Of a stretch of 53,903 nt of DNA, positions 11,003-21,693 are shown in pieces. A program made the translations under genes and the position numbers. The notes under the pieces are model-generated. The model had not been told where the DNA came from, searched no databases, and was given only the letters and a program-made list of their open reading frames with translations. Origin of the DNA: Bacillales bacterium UBA2753 (GTDB lineage Bacteria > Bacillota_I > Bacilli_A > RFN20 > CAG-826); NCBI GenBank assembly GCA_002353275.1, contig DEJH01000008.1, forward strand, positions 1-53,903, read 5' to 3'. The number at the start of each line of letters is the position of its first letter. Position 1 is the first letter of the stretch.

Positions 11003-14000
11003 TTATTCTTCGCTGCCATTAACAAGAGTCGTCATTGAGACTTCTTCGTCAACGCCAGTTTGGACATTAGCGTCATCACCGACAAGATTTCTTAAAGCAG
11101 TGTTAATCTTTCTTTCTTCTTTGTCAGCTTCTTTTGCTAAAGCGTCCATATCAATATTGTTACCTTCGTTATCAAGGAGTTCGACATCCATTGATAAGGA
11201 TTGTAATTCTTTTACCAAGACCTTGAAGGCTTCTGGAATACCTGCTTTTGGAAGAGGTTGATCCTTAATAATAGCTTCATAAGTCTTTCTACGACCGACA
11301 CGGTCATCAGATTTGACGGTAATAATTTCTTGTAAGATGTGGGCGGCGCCATAAGCTTCAAGAGCCCAGACTTCCATTTCACCAAATCTTTGTCCACCAT
11401 TTTGAGCTTTACCACCAAGAGGTTGTTGTGTGACAAGAGAATATGGTCCAGTCGCACGAGCGTGTAATTTATCATCAACCATGTGGACGAGTTTAATCAT
11501 ATACATGACACCAACGGTGATTCTTTCATCAAATGGTTCACCAGTACGGCCATCATATAAAACAGTTTTTCCGTCTTTGCTCATTCCTGCTTTTTCCATC
11601 ATTTCGAAGATTTCTTCGTTAGTGATTCCATCAAAGACAGGAGTTGCAATCTTATAGCCAAGTTTCTTAAGTGCCATACCTAAATGGACTTCAAGAATTT
11701 GACCGATGTTCATACGGGAAGGAACGCCGAGTGGGTTGAGCATGATGTCAACTGGAGTTCCATCAGGTAAGAATGGCATATCGCATTCTGGTAAGATACG
11801 TGAGATAACACCTTTATTACCGTGACGTCCACTCATCTTATCTCCTTCAGAGATCTTTCTCTTTTGGACGATATAGACAGTAACGATCTCATTGACTCCT
11901 GGAGGGAGAATGTTATCTTTGGCTTTTTCTTCTCTCTTACGGATTTTGACATCGAGGACAATACCTGCTCCACCATGAGGGACGCGTAATGAGGCATCTT
12001 TTCCTTCGTTTGTCTTTTCTCCGAAGATTGCCATTAAGAGTTTTTCTTCTGGAGTTGGTTCGGTTTGTCCTCTTGGAGTAACTTTACCAACTAAGATATC
12101 GCCTTCTTTAACTTCAGTACCAACAACAACAATTCCGCGGCTATCTAAGTGAGATTTAGCTTCAGTTGAAACATTTGGTACATCAGCGGTGATTTCTTCA
12201 TCTCCGAGTTTTGGAATGCTACGGCATTCACAATCGTATTTTTCAATATGAATAGATGTATAAACATCATCTTTTACTAATCTTTCGCTCATGATGACGG
12301 CATCTTCATAGTTATAGCCGTTCCAAGTCATGAAGGCGATTGTGACGTTTTGACCTAAAGCAAGATCACCATTTTCCATTGCTGGTCCATCAGCGATGAT
12401 TTGACCTTTTCTAATCTTATCGCCGACTTTGACAATGCTCACTTGGTTAATACATGTTCCTTGGTTAGAACGTTCAAATTTTTGTAAGTGATATGTGACA
12501 GGTTCACTCTTACCAGTTTCTAAGACTTCAATGGTTCTGCTATCGGTATAAGTGACAATACCATCATTATTAGCAACAACCGCTAAGCCTGAGTCACGAG
12601 CGACTTGATGTTCAAGACCAGTTCCCACAAATGGAGCGTGTGGTTTTAATAGTGGGAGAGCTTGACGTTGCATGTTACTACCCATAAGAGCACGCATGGT
12701 ATCATCGTTTTCAAGGAATGGAATGCTACCAGCAGCAATCGAAACAACTTGTTTTGGGCTAACATCAACAAAGTCGACTTCTTCTTTTCTAGCTAAAACG
12801 TTTTCACCGTGGTGTCTAGCGACGACAACTTCGTCTAAGATTTCGCCATCTTTTCCAAGGTTAATATTCGCTTCAGCAATTGTGTAATCCCATTCTTCAT
12901 CAGCGGTTAAATAGACACTGTCTTCTGCTTTTGAGAGGACTTTGCCGTTTTCAACAGGACGATATGGGGTTTCTATAAATCCATATTTATTTACTTTCGC
13001 GTATGAGGCTAAGTTATTGATAAGACCAATGTTTTGACCTTCAGGAGTTTCAATAGGACAAATTCTTCCATAGTGAGAAACGTGAACGTCACGAACTTCG
13101 GTGGAGGCTCTATCTCTAGTTAATCCACCAGGACCTAAAGCAGATAATCTTCTCTTATTAGTTAATTCTGCTAATGGGTTAGTTTGATCCATGAATTGAG
13201 AGAGTTGAGAAGAAGCAAAGAATTCTCTAATTGAAGCCACTAAAGGACGTGGATTGATTAAGGCTTTTGGTTTGACATTGCCTAAATCAGAAATCGACAT
13301 CTTTTGTTGGACGGTTTTGAGCATTTTTGCTAAACCAACTCTAAATTGATTTTGAATTAATTCACCAACACAACGAATTCTTCTGTTTCCTAAGTGGTCG
13401 ATATCATCGGTGTCACCGAATCCATCCATGACATTGAGGAAATATGAGAAAACCGCGTAAATATCACAAATATTCACATAGGTTGATGTGTTATGTAAAT
13501 CTGTACCAATGATTGGGCAAACTTTCTTGTCTTTTTCGTTATTGTAAACTTTAACGATGTTGACATTACAGTTACCATCTAATTTTTCATTGATTTTGAC
13601 TTTCTTAAGGTGAGCACCTTTTTCGAAGAATTTTTCATTTCTAAGTTCTTCGACATCTTCAACGGTTAATTGATAACCTTTCTTGAATTTGATTTCACCT
13701 TCAGCGGAGACTAAGTTTTCCGCTAAGATTCTGCCTGGTAAACGGTTATAGATACCAAGTTTCTTGATGAACTTATATCTACCAGCTCTTCCAAGGTCAT
13801 ATCTCTTCTCGTCAAAGAATCTTTGAATTAAGAAGTTTTGTGTTCCTTCTTCAGTAACTGGTTCACCTGGTTTCATCTTCTTAAAGATATCAACAAGAGC
13901 GTATTTAGTAGTCTTAATCTTGCTATCTTCTTTATCAAGAGTGTTTCTTAAAGCGAAAGATTCACCAAATAATTTGAGGATATCTTCATCAGTTTCAAGA

Positions 14001-14599
14001 CCTAACGCTCTTAATAAGGTAGTCGCATGGATTTTTCTTTGTCGATCAATACGAACAGAAAGTAAATCTTTAGCGTCGCTTTCAAATTGTAACCAAGTAC
14101 CTCTTCCTGGAATTAAGTCAGCTTCATATAAATATTTGCCGGCTTTGAATTCGCTAGATAAGTAGGCTCCTGGAGATCTGACGAGTTGGCTAACGATAAC
14201 TCTTTCTGCACCATTGACGATGAATGTTCCACTACTAGTCATGAGTGGTAAATCACCCATAAAGACTTCACTCTCTTGGATTTCTCCAGTTTCTTTATGA
14301 ATTAAGCGCACTGTGATATACATTGGTGCGTTATAAGTAAGGTCTTTTTCTTTGCATTCTAAGTAAGAATGTTTTGGTTCACCTAATCTAATTGATAAAT
14401 ATTCGATTGTTAATGTACCGACATAGTTTTCAATTGGGAATGATTCTCTAAAGACTTCATCTAAACCTTTTTCTAAGAATTCAGCGTAACTCTTAGTTTG
14501 GATTTCCACTAAATTTGGGAGTGGAAGATCACCAGAAATCTTGGAGTAATCATAACGGTGATTGTTGATTTGTCTAAGTTCAGTAATATTTCTGGACAT
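11003..14599 (-). CDS. rpoB: RNA polymerase beta subunit
   Basis: [21 protein letters not shown] and [10 protein letters not shown] motifs. Confidence 0.99.
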   Translation of the reverse strand: MSRNITELRQINNHRYDYSKISGDLPLPNLVEIQTKSYAEFLEKGLDEVFRESFPIENYVGTLTIEYLSIRLGEPKHSYLECKEKDLTYNAPMYITVRLIHKETGEIQESEVFMGDLPLMTSSGTFIVNGAERVIVSQLVRSPGAYLSSEFKAGKYLYEADLIPGRGTWLQFESDAKDLLSVRIDRQRKIHATTLLRALGLETDEDILKLFGESFALRNTLDKEDSKIKTTKYALVDIFKKMKPGEPVTEEGTQNFLIQRFFDEKRYDLGRAGRYKFIKKLGIYNRLPGRILAENLVSAEGEIKFKKGYQLTVEDVEELRNEKFFEKGAHLKKVKINEKLDGNCNVNIVKVYNNEKDKKVCPIIGTDLHNTSTYVNICDIYAVFSYFLNVMDGFGDTDDIDHLGNRRIRCVGELIQNQFRVGLAKMLKTVQQKMSISDLGNVKPKALINPRPLVASIREFFASSQLSQFMDQTNPLAELTNKRRLSALGPGGLTRDRASTEVRDVHVSHYGRICPIETPEGQNIGLINNLASYAKVNKYGFIETPYRPVENGKVLSKAEDSVYLTADEEWDYTIAEANINLGKDGEILDEVVVARHHGENVLARKEEVDFVDVSPKQVVSIAAGSIPFLENDDTMRALMGSNMQRQALPLLKPHAPFVGTGLEHQVARDSGLAVVANNDGIVTYTDSRTIEVLETGKSEPVTYHLQKFERSNQGTCINQVSIVKVGDKIRKGQIIADGPAMENGDLALGQNVTIAFMTWNGYNYEDAVIMSERLVKDDVYTSIHIEKYDCECRSIPKLGDEEITADVPNVSTEAKSHLDSRGIVVVGTEVKEGDILVGKVTPRGQTEPTPEEKLLMAIFGEKTNEGKDASLRVPHGGAGIVLDVKIRKREEKAKDNILPPGVNEIVTVYIVQKRKISEGDKMSGRHGNKGVISRILPECDMPFLPDGTPVDIMLNPLGVPSRMNIGQILEVHLGMALKKLGYKIATPVFDGITNEEIFEMMEKAGMSKDGKTVLYDGRTGEPFDERITVGVMYMIKLVHMVDDKLHARATGPYSLVTQQPLGGKAQNGGQRFGEMEVWALEAYGAAHILQEIITVKSDDRVGRRKTYEAIIKDQPLPKAGIPEAFKVLVKELQSLSMDVELLDNEGNNIDMDALAKEADKEERKINTALRNLVGDDANVQTGVDEEVSMTTLVNGSEE

Positions 14600-14629
14600 T
14601 ACAATGGCTCCTTTTCGATAAAATTTTGT

Positions 14630-15232
14630 TTAGTTCACTTTTGTGGCTTTGATTATCCAATAGCCTTTTTCTTTGTGAAGCACGGAAACGTTTTCAAATA
14701 CTGTTTCGAGATATTTGAAAGCGCTTTCTGCTCCTTGTTTCTTTCGGATAACAATATAGAGTGAACCGCCATCAATTAAGCGTTGATAAGCTCCACTATA
14801 CATTGAGTAGGTAACAACTTTACCAGCTCTAATAGGGGGATTAACAACAATTGAATCATATGGTCCTTCAATCTTTTCGTAGATGTCACTATGAAGGATG
14901 GTGACTCGTTTATTTAAATTCAGCCGTTCACTGCTCTTTGACGCTAGAGCGAGTGCGCGCGAATTAATATCAGCGAGATCAATTCTCGCTTCTTTTGAAT
15001 TTTGGGCAATGGTTAATCCAATCGGACCATAACCACACCCTAAATCCAATATTCTCCCAGTCAAATTGAGGGGGATTAATACCTTAAGAAAGATATATGA
15101 CCCCTCATCAATTTTTGACTTGGAAAAAACTCCATTATCGGTGTAATAGGTATAAGACTTATCAAAGAGAGAGAAACTAATTTCACGAATCGCGGAATTA
15201 ATTTCTGGATTCTCATCAAAATAATGGCCCAT
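14630..15232 (-). CDS. Class I SAM methyltransferase (RsmC/YbxB-like)
   Basis: LDLGCGYG and NPPIRAGK motifs; conserved position between rplL and rpoB. Confidence 0.9.
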   Translation of the reverse strand: MGHYFDENPEINSAIREISFSLFDKSYTYYTDNGVFSKSKIDEGSYIFLKVLIPLNLTGRILDLGCGYGPIGLTIAQNSKEARIDLADINSRALALASKSSERLNLNKRVTILHSDIYEKIEGPYDSIVVNPPIRAGKVVTYSMYSGAYQRLIDGGSLYIVIRKKQGAESAFKYLETVFENVSVLHKEKGYWIIKATKVN

Positions 15233-15264
15233 TACTACCTCAAAAGATATTTACTAAAGCGAAA

Positions 15265-15639
15265 TTATTTAACTTCGACTTCAGCACCAGCGGCTTCAAG
15301 AGCTTTCTTGTGCTCTTCAGCTTCAACTGGGGAGATGTGTTCTTTAATAGCAGATGGTGCGGCATCGACTAATTTCTTTGCATCCATTAATCCTAAACCG
15401 GTAATTGCTTGAACAGCTTTAATAACTTGAACTTTTTGAGCTCCGGCAGCTTTAAGGATTAAGCTAACTTCGCTTGGTCCTTTAGCAGCTTCTTCTTCAA
15501 CTGGGGCAGCAGCAACTGCAACAGGTGCAGCAGCGGTGACACCAAATTCTTCTTCAACAGCTTTGACGAGTTCGTTTAATTCGAGAACTGTCATTTCTTT
15601 TAAGCTGGAAATAATTTCTTCTTTTGTTAATTTAGCCAT
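15265..15639 (-). CDS. rplL: 50S ribosomal protein L7/L12
   Basis: [20 protein letters not shown]...[11 protein letters not shown]. Confidence 0.99.
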   Translation of the reverse strand: MAKLTKEEIISSLKEMTVLELNELVKAVEEEFGVTAAAPVAVAAAPVEEEAAKGPSEVSLILKAAGAQKVQVIKAVQAITGLGLMDAKKLVDAAPSAIKEHISPVEAEEHKKALEAAGAEVEVK

Positions 15640-15663
15640 TTTTCTTTTCCTCCTAAATTGGCA

Positions 15664-16152
15664 TTATTTTGCATCCGCAACAGCCTTAACTGTACAGGCA
15701 AATTGACGGACTGGTGCTTGTAAGCACGATAATAACATGGCAAGTAGACCTTCTTTTGAAGGGAGTTTAGCAACTTCTAAGACTTTCTCTTTATCAGCGA
15801 ATTGTCCTTCGAAGAGACCACCCTTAATATTCAAAGCGTCTCCATATCTTTTAGCATATTTGGCAAGAACTTTTGCACCACCACTCACATCTTCAGAGAA
15901 GAAGATAGCGTTTGGTCCAGAAAGTAATGATTTGAATTCTTCATATCCGAGTTCAGAGCTTGCTCTTTCCACTAAAGAGTTTTTATAAACGTTCATAGAA
16001 GCGTGTTCAGCTGCTAATGCGCGTCTTAATTCTTGGATTTGAGCAACAGTTAAGCCACGGTATTCTGCAACAACGATTCCAGAACTTGATTTGGCTTTAC
16101 TAACAATCTCACTAACTGTTTCTTGCTTGGCTTGTAAGACATCCTTATTCAT
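15664..16152 (-). CDS. rplJ: 50S ribosomal protein L10
   Basis: EYRGLTV...VYKNSL...LPSKEGLLAMLL. Confidence 0.97.
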   Translation of the reverse strand: MNKDVLQAKQETVSEIVSKAKSSSGIVVAEYRGLTVAQIQELRRALAAEHASMNVYKNSLVERASSELGYEEFKSLLSGPNAIFFSEDVSGGAKVLAKYAKRYGDALNIKGGLFEGQFADKEKVLEVAKLPSKEGLLAMLLSCLQAPVRQFACTVKAVADAK

Positions 16153-16184
16153 GTTTTGACCTCCTTTTCAATTTGTTTAAGTTT

Positions 16185-16275
16185 TTGAGGCTCCAATATA
16201 CAGTGAGAATAAAATGTATTATTTCTTCACCTCGGTAACATTATTAAGACTCCACGTCCGTTACTGTCTTGGGTA
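16185..16275 (-). promoter_or_regulatory. L10 leader (rplJL autoregulatory RNA)
   Basis: Minus strand CCAAGACAGTAAC...TTAA...GTTACCGAGG matches the L10 leader pattern, directly upstream of rplJ. Confidence 0.75.
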
Positions 16276-16292
16276 TATTAGAATCTAGTTAA

Positions 16293-16973
16293 TTATCGAC
16301 CGTTAAATGTGAAGTGGATCGCTGGGCCCATGGTCGTATGGATGACAGCGTTTTTAACATATGTACCTTTGACTGAAGCTGGTCTTGCCTTTATTAATGC
16401 GTCAACTAAGGCATTTAAGTTTTCTTCAATCTTTTTCTTATCAAAGCTTACTCTGGCAATAGAAACATGCATATTAGCTTCTTTGTCAACACGGTATTCC
16501 ACTTTACCGGCTTTGATTTCTTTGACTGCTCGAGCAATATCAGGATTGACGGTTCCTGTCTTTGGATTTGGCATTAAGCCTTTAGGACCAAGGACACGAG
16601 CGACTTTACCTAACATAGGCATCATATTTGGAGTAGCAACGATAACATCGAAGTCAAACCAGCCACCGCTGATTTTTTCGATCATTTCTGCTCCACCAAC
16701 GAGGTCTGCTCCGGCAGATTTAGCTTCTTCAGTTTTGTCAGTAATGGCTAAGACTTTTTTGGTTTTACCATTTCCGTGTGGAAGGATGAGAGTTCCTCTG
16801 ACTTGTTGATCAGCTTGTTTTGGATCGACATTGAGTTTGAATGAGACATCGACTGTCGCATCAAATTTAACGGTTGAAGTTTCTTTGACAAGCGCCACAG
16901 CTTCTTCAACTGTATAAAGTTTGTTGGAGTCCACTTTTTCTAAAGCGGCAACATATTTCTTACCCTTTTTCAT
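16293..16973 (-). CDS. rplA: 50S ribosomal protein L1 (start likely 16973)
   Basis: KFDATVD and [14 protein letters not shown] motifs; GGAGG RBS before the ATG at 16973. Confidence 0.98.
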   Translation of the reverse strand: MKKGKKYVAALEKVDSNKLYTVEEAVALVKETSTVKFDATVDVSFKLNVDPKQADQQVRGTLILPHGNGKTKKVLAITDKTEEAKSAGADLVGGAEMIEKISGGWFDFDVIVATPNMMPMLGKVARVLGPKGLMPNPKTGTVNPDIARAVKEIKAGKVEYRVDKEANMHVSIARVSFDKKKIEENLNALVDALIKARPASVKGTYVKNAVIHTTMGPAIHFTFNGR

Positions 16974-16984
16974 AGTTTCCTCCA

Positions 16985-17398
16985 TTAGTCGTCGACGACG
17001 ATTCCCATATTACGAGCACTACCTTCAACGATTTTCATAGCCGCTTCAATGTCATTAGCGTTTAAATCAGGTAATTTGTATTGAGCAATTTCCTTAAGTT
17101 GTGCTCTAGTGATGTGTCCAACAATAGTGGTTTTACTATTTGGTGAACCTTTTTGAATTCCAGCAGCCTTTAATAATAATGGGGCGACTGGTGAAGTCTT
17201 GATTTCGAAATCACAAGACTTGTCTTCATAAGCCGTAATGATGACTGGGACGATTTCCCCACGACGATCAGCGGTCTTAGCATTGAAGTCGGTACAGAAC
17301 TTCGCCATGTTAATACCAGCAGATGCGAGTTTTGGTCCTGGTTTAGCTTCGCCACCAGGAAGTTCCATCTTTAAGACTTTCGCGATTTTTTTACTCAC
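16985..17398 (-). CDS. rplK: 50S ribosomal protein L11 (GTG start)
   Basis: [12 protein letters not shown]...[23 protein letters not shown]. Confidence 0.97.
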   Translation of the reverse strand: MSKKIAKVLKMELPGGEAKPGPKLASAGINMAKFCTDFNAKTADRRGEIVPVIITAYEDKSCDFEIKTSPVAPLLLKAAGIQKGSPNSKTTIVGHITRAQLKEIAQYKLPDLNANDIEAAMKIVEGSARNMGIVVDD

Positions 17399-17431
17399 GT
17401 GACTTTCCTCCTATTTTTAGATTTGTCCGTG

Positions 17432-17464
17432 CTGTGGTACGGGTGAATCACCACTCTTCCACAG
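17432..17464 (-). promoter_or_regulatory. Putative L1-binding autoregulatory hairpin in the rplK leader
   Basis: CTGTGG-AAGAG-TGG...CC-CGTA-CCACAG stem with an asymmetric internal loop, upstream of the rplK RBS. Confidence 0.6.
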
Positions 17465-17770
17465 AACAATTACATGTGTATTACGTACTCTCATATGCGT
17501 AAAGGCAACATGCTTGTATATCGTATCAAATATGTATATGCGAGTGCAAGCAAATTTTCAAAAATATTTTTACTGACAAAAAGTAAAGACCAAACCCATA
17601 CATCATTTAAGAAGAATGAAAAAAAGTTATTAATAAATTAATAAAAATTTTGATAGGGTTGATTTTTTTAAAAAATTTCAAAATCGCCACTATATATAAA
17701 GTGAGGGGGTATAAATCAAAATGCACAAAGCATTGAGGACCCTTGAAGGAGAAAAGGAGGAAGTATTCCG

Positions 17771-17842
17771 GTGGAGACATTGGTCTACCTCGTTATAGTA
17801 GTTGTCACTATTATGGTCATCGTTCTTGCGTTGACCCGCTAA
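17771..17842 (+). CDS. 23-aa hydrophobic peptide, candidate type I toxin (METLVYLVIVVVTIMVIVLALTR)
   Basis: AGGAGG at 17755-17760, GTG start, single TM-like helix; flanked by complementary segments and a convergent promoter. Confidence 0.7.
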   Translation: METLVYLVIVVVTIMVIVLALTR

Positions 17843-17851
17843 TAAAAAAGA

Positions 17852-17878
17852 GGCACTCGAGAGTGATACTCGGGTGTC
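17852..17878. terminator. Hairpin 3' of the small peptide gene (U-tract on the minus strand)
   Basis: ggcactcgag/ctcgggtgtc 10-bp stem (two G-U pairs on +), preceded by an A6 run. Confidence 0.5.
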
Positions 17879-18076
17879 CCAAGACAATATTATATTATCA
17901 CACTCCCCCTCACCCGACAAGGGTTCCTCCTCTAAATTATATAGGAGTGATTTTTATCCACCAAAGTAATAGAGAACGGACGATTATTTTTTATTCGCTT
18001 ATTAGTTAAACTTTGTTTATTTTCACTCTCGTCCGCTTGCTTTTCTCTTTTACTTGTGTATAATACAAGCAGTTTT

Positions 18077-19477
18077 ATGAGGAATAAAAATAGCAAAACT
18101 AAAGGTGTATCCCCATATTTAATCGTTATCCTCTCCTTTGTTGGAGTGATTTTATTAGGCTCGTTATTATTGACTATCCCATTTGCTCACAAAGATGGAC
18201 AATGGGGTAAGTATATGGATTCCCTTTTTATCGCTACTTCTGCTACCTGTGTGACTGGTTTATCAACATATCCTGCAGGAATTGGAGGAGAGCTAAGCCT
18301 ATTTGGTCAAGCCGTCGTTTTAGTGATGATTCAAATCGGTGGATTAGGTTTTATTACTGTTTTTACCTTCATAGTCTCAATTTTTATCAGAAAATTACAG
18401 TTTAAAGATCGTCTATTTTTATCTCAGGCTGTTAATAGTGATTCGATCTCTGGAGTTTCTAAATTCGTCAAACGTGTTATTTTTATCGTTTTAACGATTG
18501 AAATATTAGGTTTCTTATTAGGTTTACCAGTTTTTTTAAATGTCCCATCTTACACTCCTGGACAAGCGGTTTGGGCTTCTTGGTTCACCGCTACATCAGC
18601 ATTTAATAATGCTGGATTTGATATTTTTGGAGCTTCTTCCCTTATAAGAACTGCAGGTAATGATATCGTCAATTCTTTACCTACATGGGCGTATTATTAC
18701 ATGTGTTCCTATATTATGATTCTTATTGTATTAGGTGGCATTTCTTTCATCACAATTATCGAAATTGTCATCTTAAGAAAGAAACCAAGACAATGGAATT
18801 CATTTGTGATTATCGTCTTAATGACCACTGGTATTTTACTCTTTGGTGGTTGGGGCGTATTCATGCTTACCGAGTGCACGACTGGAAATATCAATACCTT
18901 TGAAGCCTTATTCCAAAGTGTCACTTTAAGAACTGCGGGATTCGCTAATTTTGATCAAAATACGCTTTCAGTAGCAGGAAAAACCATCAGCTGCTTATTC
19001 ATGTTTATTGGTGGTTCACCAATCTCCACAGCAGGTGGTGTTAAAACCACTACTATCTTTATCATCGTCTTATGTTTAATTAGATTCTTACAAGGTAAAC
19101 GTATCACTGCTTTTAATCGTGAATATAGTAGAACATCAATCTTAAAAGCAATGTCTCTTGTTTTATTATCATTATTAATTGTCACTATTTCTTTCGTGGC
19201 AGTTAAATCAATAGAAAATAACCACATTGATGAATATCCAGCTGGTTTATTAAGTACTGAAAACGTGATGTTTGAAGTCTTCTCTGCCTTTGGCACAGTT
19301 GGTTTAACCGCTGGACTTACAACACATCTATCAGTTGGTAGTAAAATTATTCTTGTTTTCTTAATGTTCTTTGGTCGACTTGGTCCAATTACTTTGTTCC
19401 AAGTTTTCCAAGATAAAATCGACAATCAAGAAACAGAACATTTCAAACGTGTTGAAACAGATGTTATTATTGGATAA
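18077..19477 (+). CDS. ktrB: KtrB/TrkH potassium uptake membrane subunit (start likely ATG 18077)
   Basis: Four P-loop filter motifs TCVTGL, FNNAGF, LRTAGF and FGTVGL, plus FGRLGP. Confidence 0.93.
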   Translation: MRNKNSKTKGVSPYLIVILSFVGVILLGSLLLTIPFAHKDGQWGKYMDSLFIATSATCVTGLSTYPAGIGGELSLFGQAVVLVMIQIGGLGFITVFTFIVSIFIRKLQFKDRLFLSQAVNSDSISGVSKFVKRVIFIVLTIEILGFLLGLPVFLNVPSYTPGQAVWASWFTATSAFNNAGFDIFGASSLIRTAGNDIVNSLPTWAYYYMCSYIMILIVLGGISFITIIEIVILRKKPRQWNSFVIIVLMTTGILLFGGWGVFMLTECTTGNINTFEALFQSVTLRTAGFANFDQNTLSVAGKTISCLFMFIGGSPISTAGGVKTTTIFIIVLCLIRFLQGKRITAFNREYSRTSILKAMSLVLLSLLIVTISFVAVKSIENNHIDEYPAGLLSTENVMFEVFSAFGTVGLTAGLTTHLSVGSKIILVFLMFFGRLGPITLFQVFQDKIDNQETEHFKRVETDVIIG

Positions 19478-19492
19478 TAGGAGGAAATCTCT

Positions 19493-20164
19493 ATGGCACA
19501 CAAATCATTTGCAGTTATTGGATTAGGACAATTCGGTCGATCTGTCGTTAAAGAACTCGTCGATAATGGAATGGATGTTATCGCGATTGATGTTAATGAA
19601 GAAACCGCTAAAGAAGTTGCTAACGACTTACCTACCACTTTTATCGCTGATTCTACTGATGAAAAAGCATTAAAAGAACTCGGGGTTAACGATGTCGATG
19701 CCGCAATCGTTGCTTTTGGTGACAACCAAGAAGCAAGTGTTCTTACCACTGTCATTCTCCGTGAACTTGGGGTTAAAAACATCATTGTGCGTGTTGATGA
19801 TGATTATTATGTCCCAATTATGAAAAAACTTGGTGCTACTGAAGTTATCACTCCTCAAAAAGCTGCTGGAGCGGCTTTAGCAAACCGTATCGGTAATGAA
19901 GATTTCCAAGACTATTACAAACTTGATAGTAAATATTCAGTTGTTTCTATCATTATTAATCCAGGTTTCTTCCCAACCACATTAAGAGAGATGAATCCTA
20001 AAAACGTCTATGGTGTTAATATCGTTTTAGTGAGAAGAGGAAGTAAATCATTCGTTCCTGGTGGTGATGATTCTTTACTTCCAGATGACACAGTGTACGT
20101 TGTTGGAACTAGCAAAGAAATCTCTGCCTTTAGAGAAGCAATTAACGGCAAGAAAAAGAAATAA
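19493..20164 (+). CDS. ktrA: KtrA/TrkA RCK regulatory subunit
   Basis: FAVIGLGQFG Rossmann motif plus TrkA-C domain. Confidence 0.93.
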   Translation: MAHKSFAVIGLGQFGRSVVKELVDNGMDVIAIDVNEETAKEVANDLPTTFIADSTDEKALKELGVNDVDAAIVAFGDNQEASVLTTVILRELGVKNIIVRVDDDYYVPIMKKLGATEVITPQKAAGAALANRIGNEDFQDYYKLDSKYSVVSIIINPGFFPTTLREMNPKNVYGVNIVLVRRGSKSFVPGGDDSLLPDDTVYVVGTSKEISAFREAINGKKKK

Positions 20165-20185
20165 GCAAGTATAACTTGCTTTTTT
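20163..20185 (+). terminator. Terminator after ktrA
   Basis: aagcaagt-ata-acttgctt followed by a T-run. Confidence 0.7.
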
Positions 20186-20193
20186 AATTTATT

Positions 20194-20775
20194 ATGAAAA
20201 AGTTATTATTGATATTCGTTTTACCTATATTAGTCGGATGCAATCAAACTCCGCCTTCTCCTAGTGATCCAGGACCTATTGAACCAATTAATTATGAAAA
20301 TAGAGATGATTTTTATAATGTAGTCTCAGCTTTAGGAACTTATCAATATCTAAATTTAGACACTACTTTTTCGATGGAATATGCAGAAGATGGAATCATT
20401 GATCCAAATTATTCATATACTTCTTCTTCAAAATTCGCATATGAAGATAACAACTGGGTTCTTAAAGAAGGAACAGATGCTCCTTATGATTTCACTAACG
20501 ATTACAACGCTTTAGCGTATCTCTTATATTATGAAAGCGATACTGGAAGTGAATATATTTCAGAAGAATGGACTTATCAAGGTAATCCACTTAAATTTAC
20601 TTATATTAATCAATATCAAGATGAGGAAGATGAAAGTATTACTCAATCTACTATAATTTGTACATTTAATGTAAAAGGATATCTCGTTAGAGAAGATATC
20701 ACATATTTCACCACTAATAAGGATGAATCCACTACTGAATCTAAATATGTGTATACATATTCTTGGAGCGACTAA
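20194..20775 (+). CDS. Acidic, Tyr-rich lipoprotein of unknown function
   Basis: MKKLLLIFVLPILVG-C lipobox and Pro-rich linker. Confidence 0.75.
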   Translation: MKKLLLIFVLPILVGCNQTPPSPSDPGPIEPINYENRDDFYNVVSALGTYQYLNLDTTFSMEYAEDGIIDPNYSYTSSSKFAYEDNNWVLKEGTDAPYDFTNDYNALAYLLYYESDTGSEYISEEWTYQGNPLKFTYINQYQDEEDESITQSTIICTFNVKGYLVREDITYFTTNKDESTTESKYVYTYSWSD

Positions 20776-20807
20776 TTTTTATCCTTTCAATTAATAAAAA
20801 AATAAAG

Positions 20808-20838
20808 AAAAAAACACAGGTTTAATTCCTGTGTTTTC
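20808..20838 (-). terminator. Terminator after nusG (may be bidirectional)
   Basis: aaaacacagg/cctgtgtttt 10-bp inverted repeat. Confidence 0.75.
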
Positions 20839-20845
20839 ATTCGGT

Positions 20846-21469
20846 TTAAATCTTTTCAATTTCAGAGAAATCGACTTCCACTTTGGTGGTTCTTCCAAAG
20901 AAGACGGTTTCAATCTCAACTGCACCAGTGTCTTTGTTGATAGAAAGGATTCTACCTTCGGTACCTTCAAGAGTACCATGAATAACTTTGATGTAGTCAC
21001 CGACCGCATAACGATCATACATACTTTCATCAACCATACCCATTCTCTTAAGGACTGGTTCGATTTGTTCTCTTGGAACTGGGAATGGTTTTGTACCTTT
21101 ACCTGCAGATCCAACGAATCCAGTAACGCCTGGAGTGTTTCTAACAATATACCAAGCATAGTCAGTCATAATCATTTCAACGAAAACATAACCTGGATAT
21201 AAGTTCTTCATTCTGGTTTTACCAGTAGGAAGTCCATCTTTCATCACTGGAACTTCTTGTTCGACAACAACGATACGGAAGATTAGATCTTCTAATCCCA
21301 TTGATTCGACACGTTTTTGTAAATTATATGCGGCTTTTCTTTCGTGAGTGGAATAGGTGGAAACAACATACCATGCTTTTTCACCTAATTTTTGTTCACG
21401 ATTACCAATGTCTTCACTAAGATCACTATTGGTGTCTGTAAAGGCTGTTTTCTTATTTGTATTATCCAT
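20846..21469 (-). CDS. nusG: Transcription factor NusG with N-terminal extension
   Basis: WYVVST, YPGYVFVEM and VRNTPGVTGFVG motifs; KOW domain. Confidence 0.97.
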   Translation of the reverse strand: MDNTNKKTAFTDTNSDLSEDIGNREQKLGEKAWYVVSTYSTHERKAAYNLQKRVESMGLEDLIFRIVVVEQEVPVMKDGLPTGKTRMKNLYPGYVFVEMIMTDYAWYIVRNTPGVTGFVGSAGKGTKPFPVPREQIEPVLKRMGMVDESMYDRYAVGDYIKVIHGTLEGTEGRILSINKDTGAVEIETVFFGRTTKVEVDFSEIEKI

Positions 21470-21482
21470 TAGTCAAATCTCC

Positions 21483-21680
21483 TTATTTAATTCCCTTAAA
21501 AGCGTCAGAAAGAATATCAATTAATTTCTTACCTGCCACATCTTCTCCAAAAAGAAGTAATCCAGTAACTGCCGCGATAATAATAACGACAATGATTGAA
21601 GGAATAAGAACTTCACGTTTTGGCCAACGAACTCTTTTACCTTCTTTAATAACTCCAGAAGCGAATTTTTTTAATCCCAT
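21483..21680 (-). CDS. secE: Preprotein translocase SecE
   Basis: KEGKRVRWP motif plus a single TM; lies between rpmG and nusG. Confidence 0.9.
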   Translation of the reverse strand: MGLKKFASGVIKEGKRVRWPKREVLIPSIIVVIIIAAVTGLLLFGEDVAGKKLIDILSDAFKGIK

Positions 21681-21693
21681 GGTTTACCTCCAT

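Noticed and set aside
1669-16809. Many 60-166-aa ORFs antisense or out of frame within fusA, rpoB, rpoC, rplA and others
   Set aside because: Shadow ORFs of codon-biased genes; no RBS or recognisable motifs
17690-18009. ORF-track calls 17690-17920(-) and 17743-18009(+), and a possible RNase P/tmRNA/riboswitch in this GC-richer island
   Set aside because: No coding signature and no recognisable rnpB, ssrA or c-di-AMP riboswitch consensus; better explained by the 23-aa peptide locus
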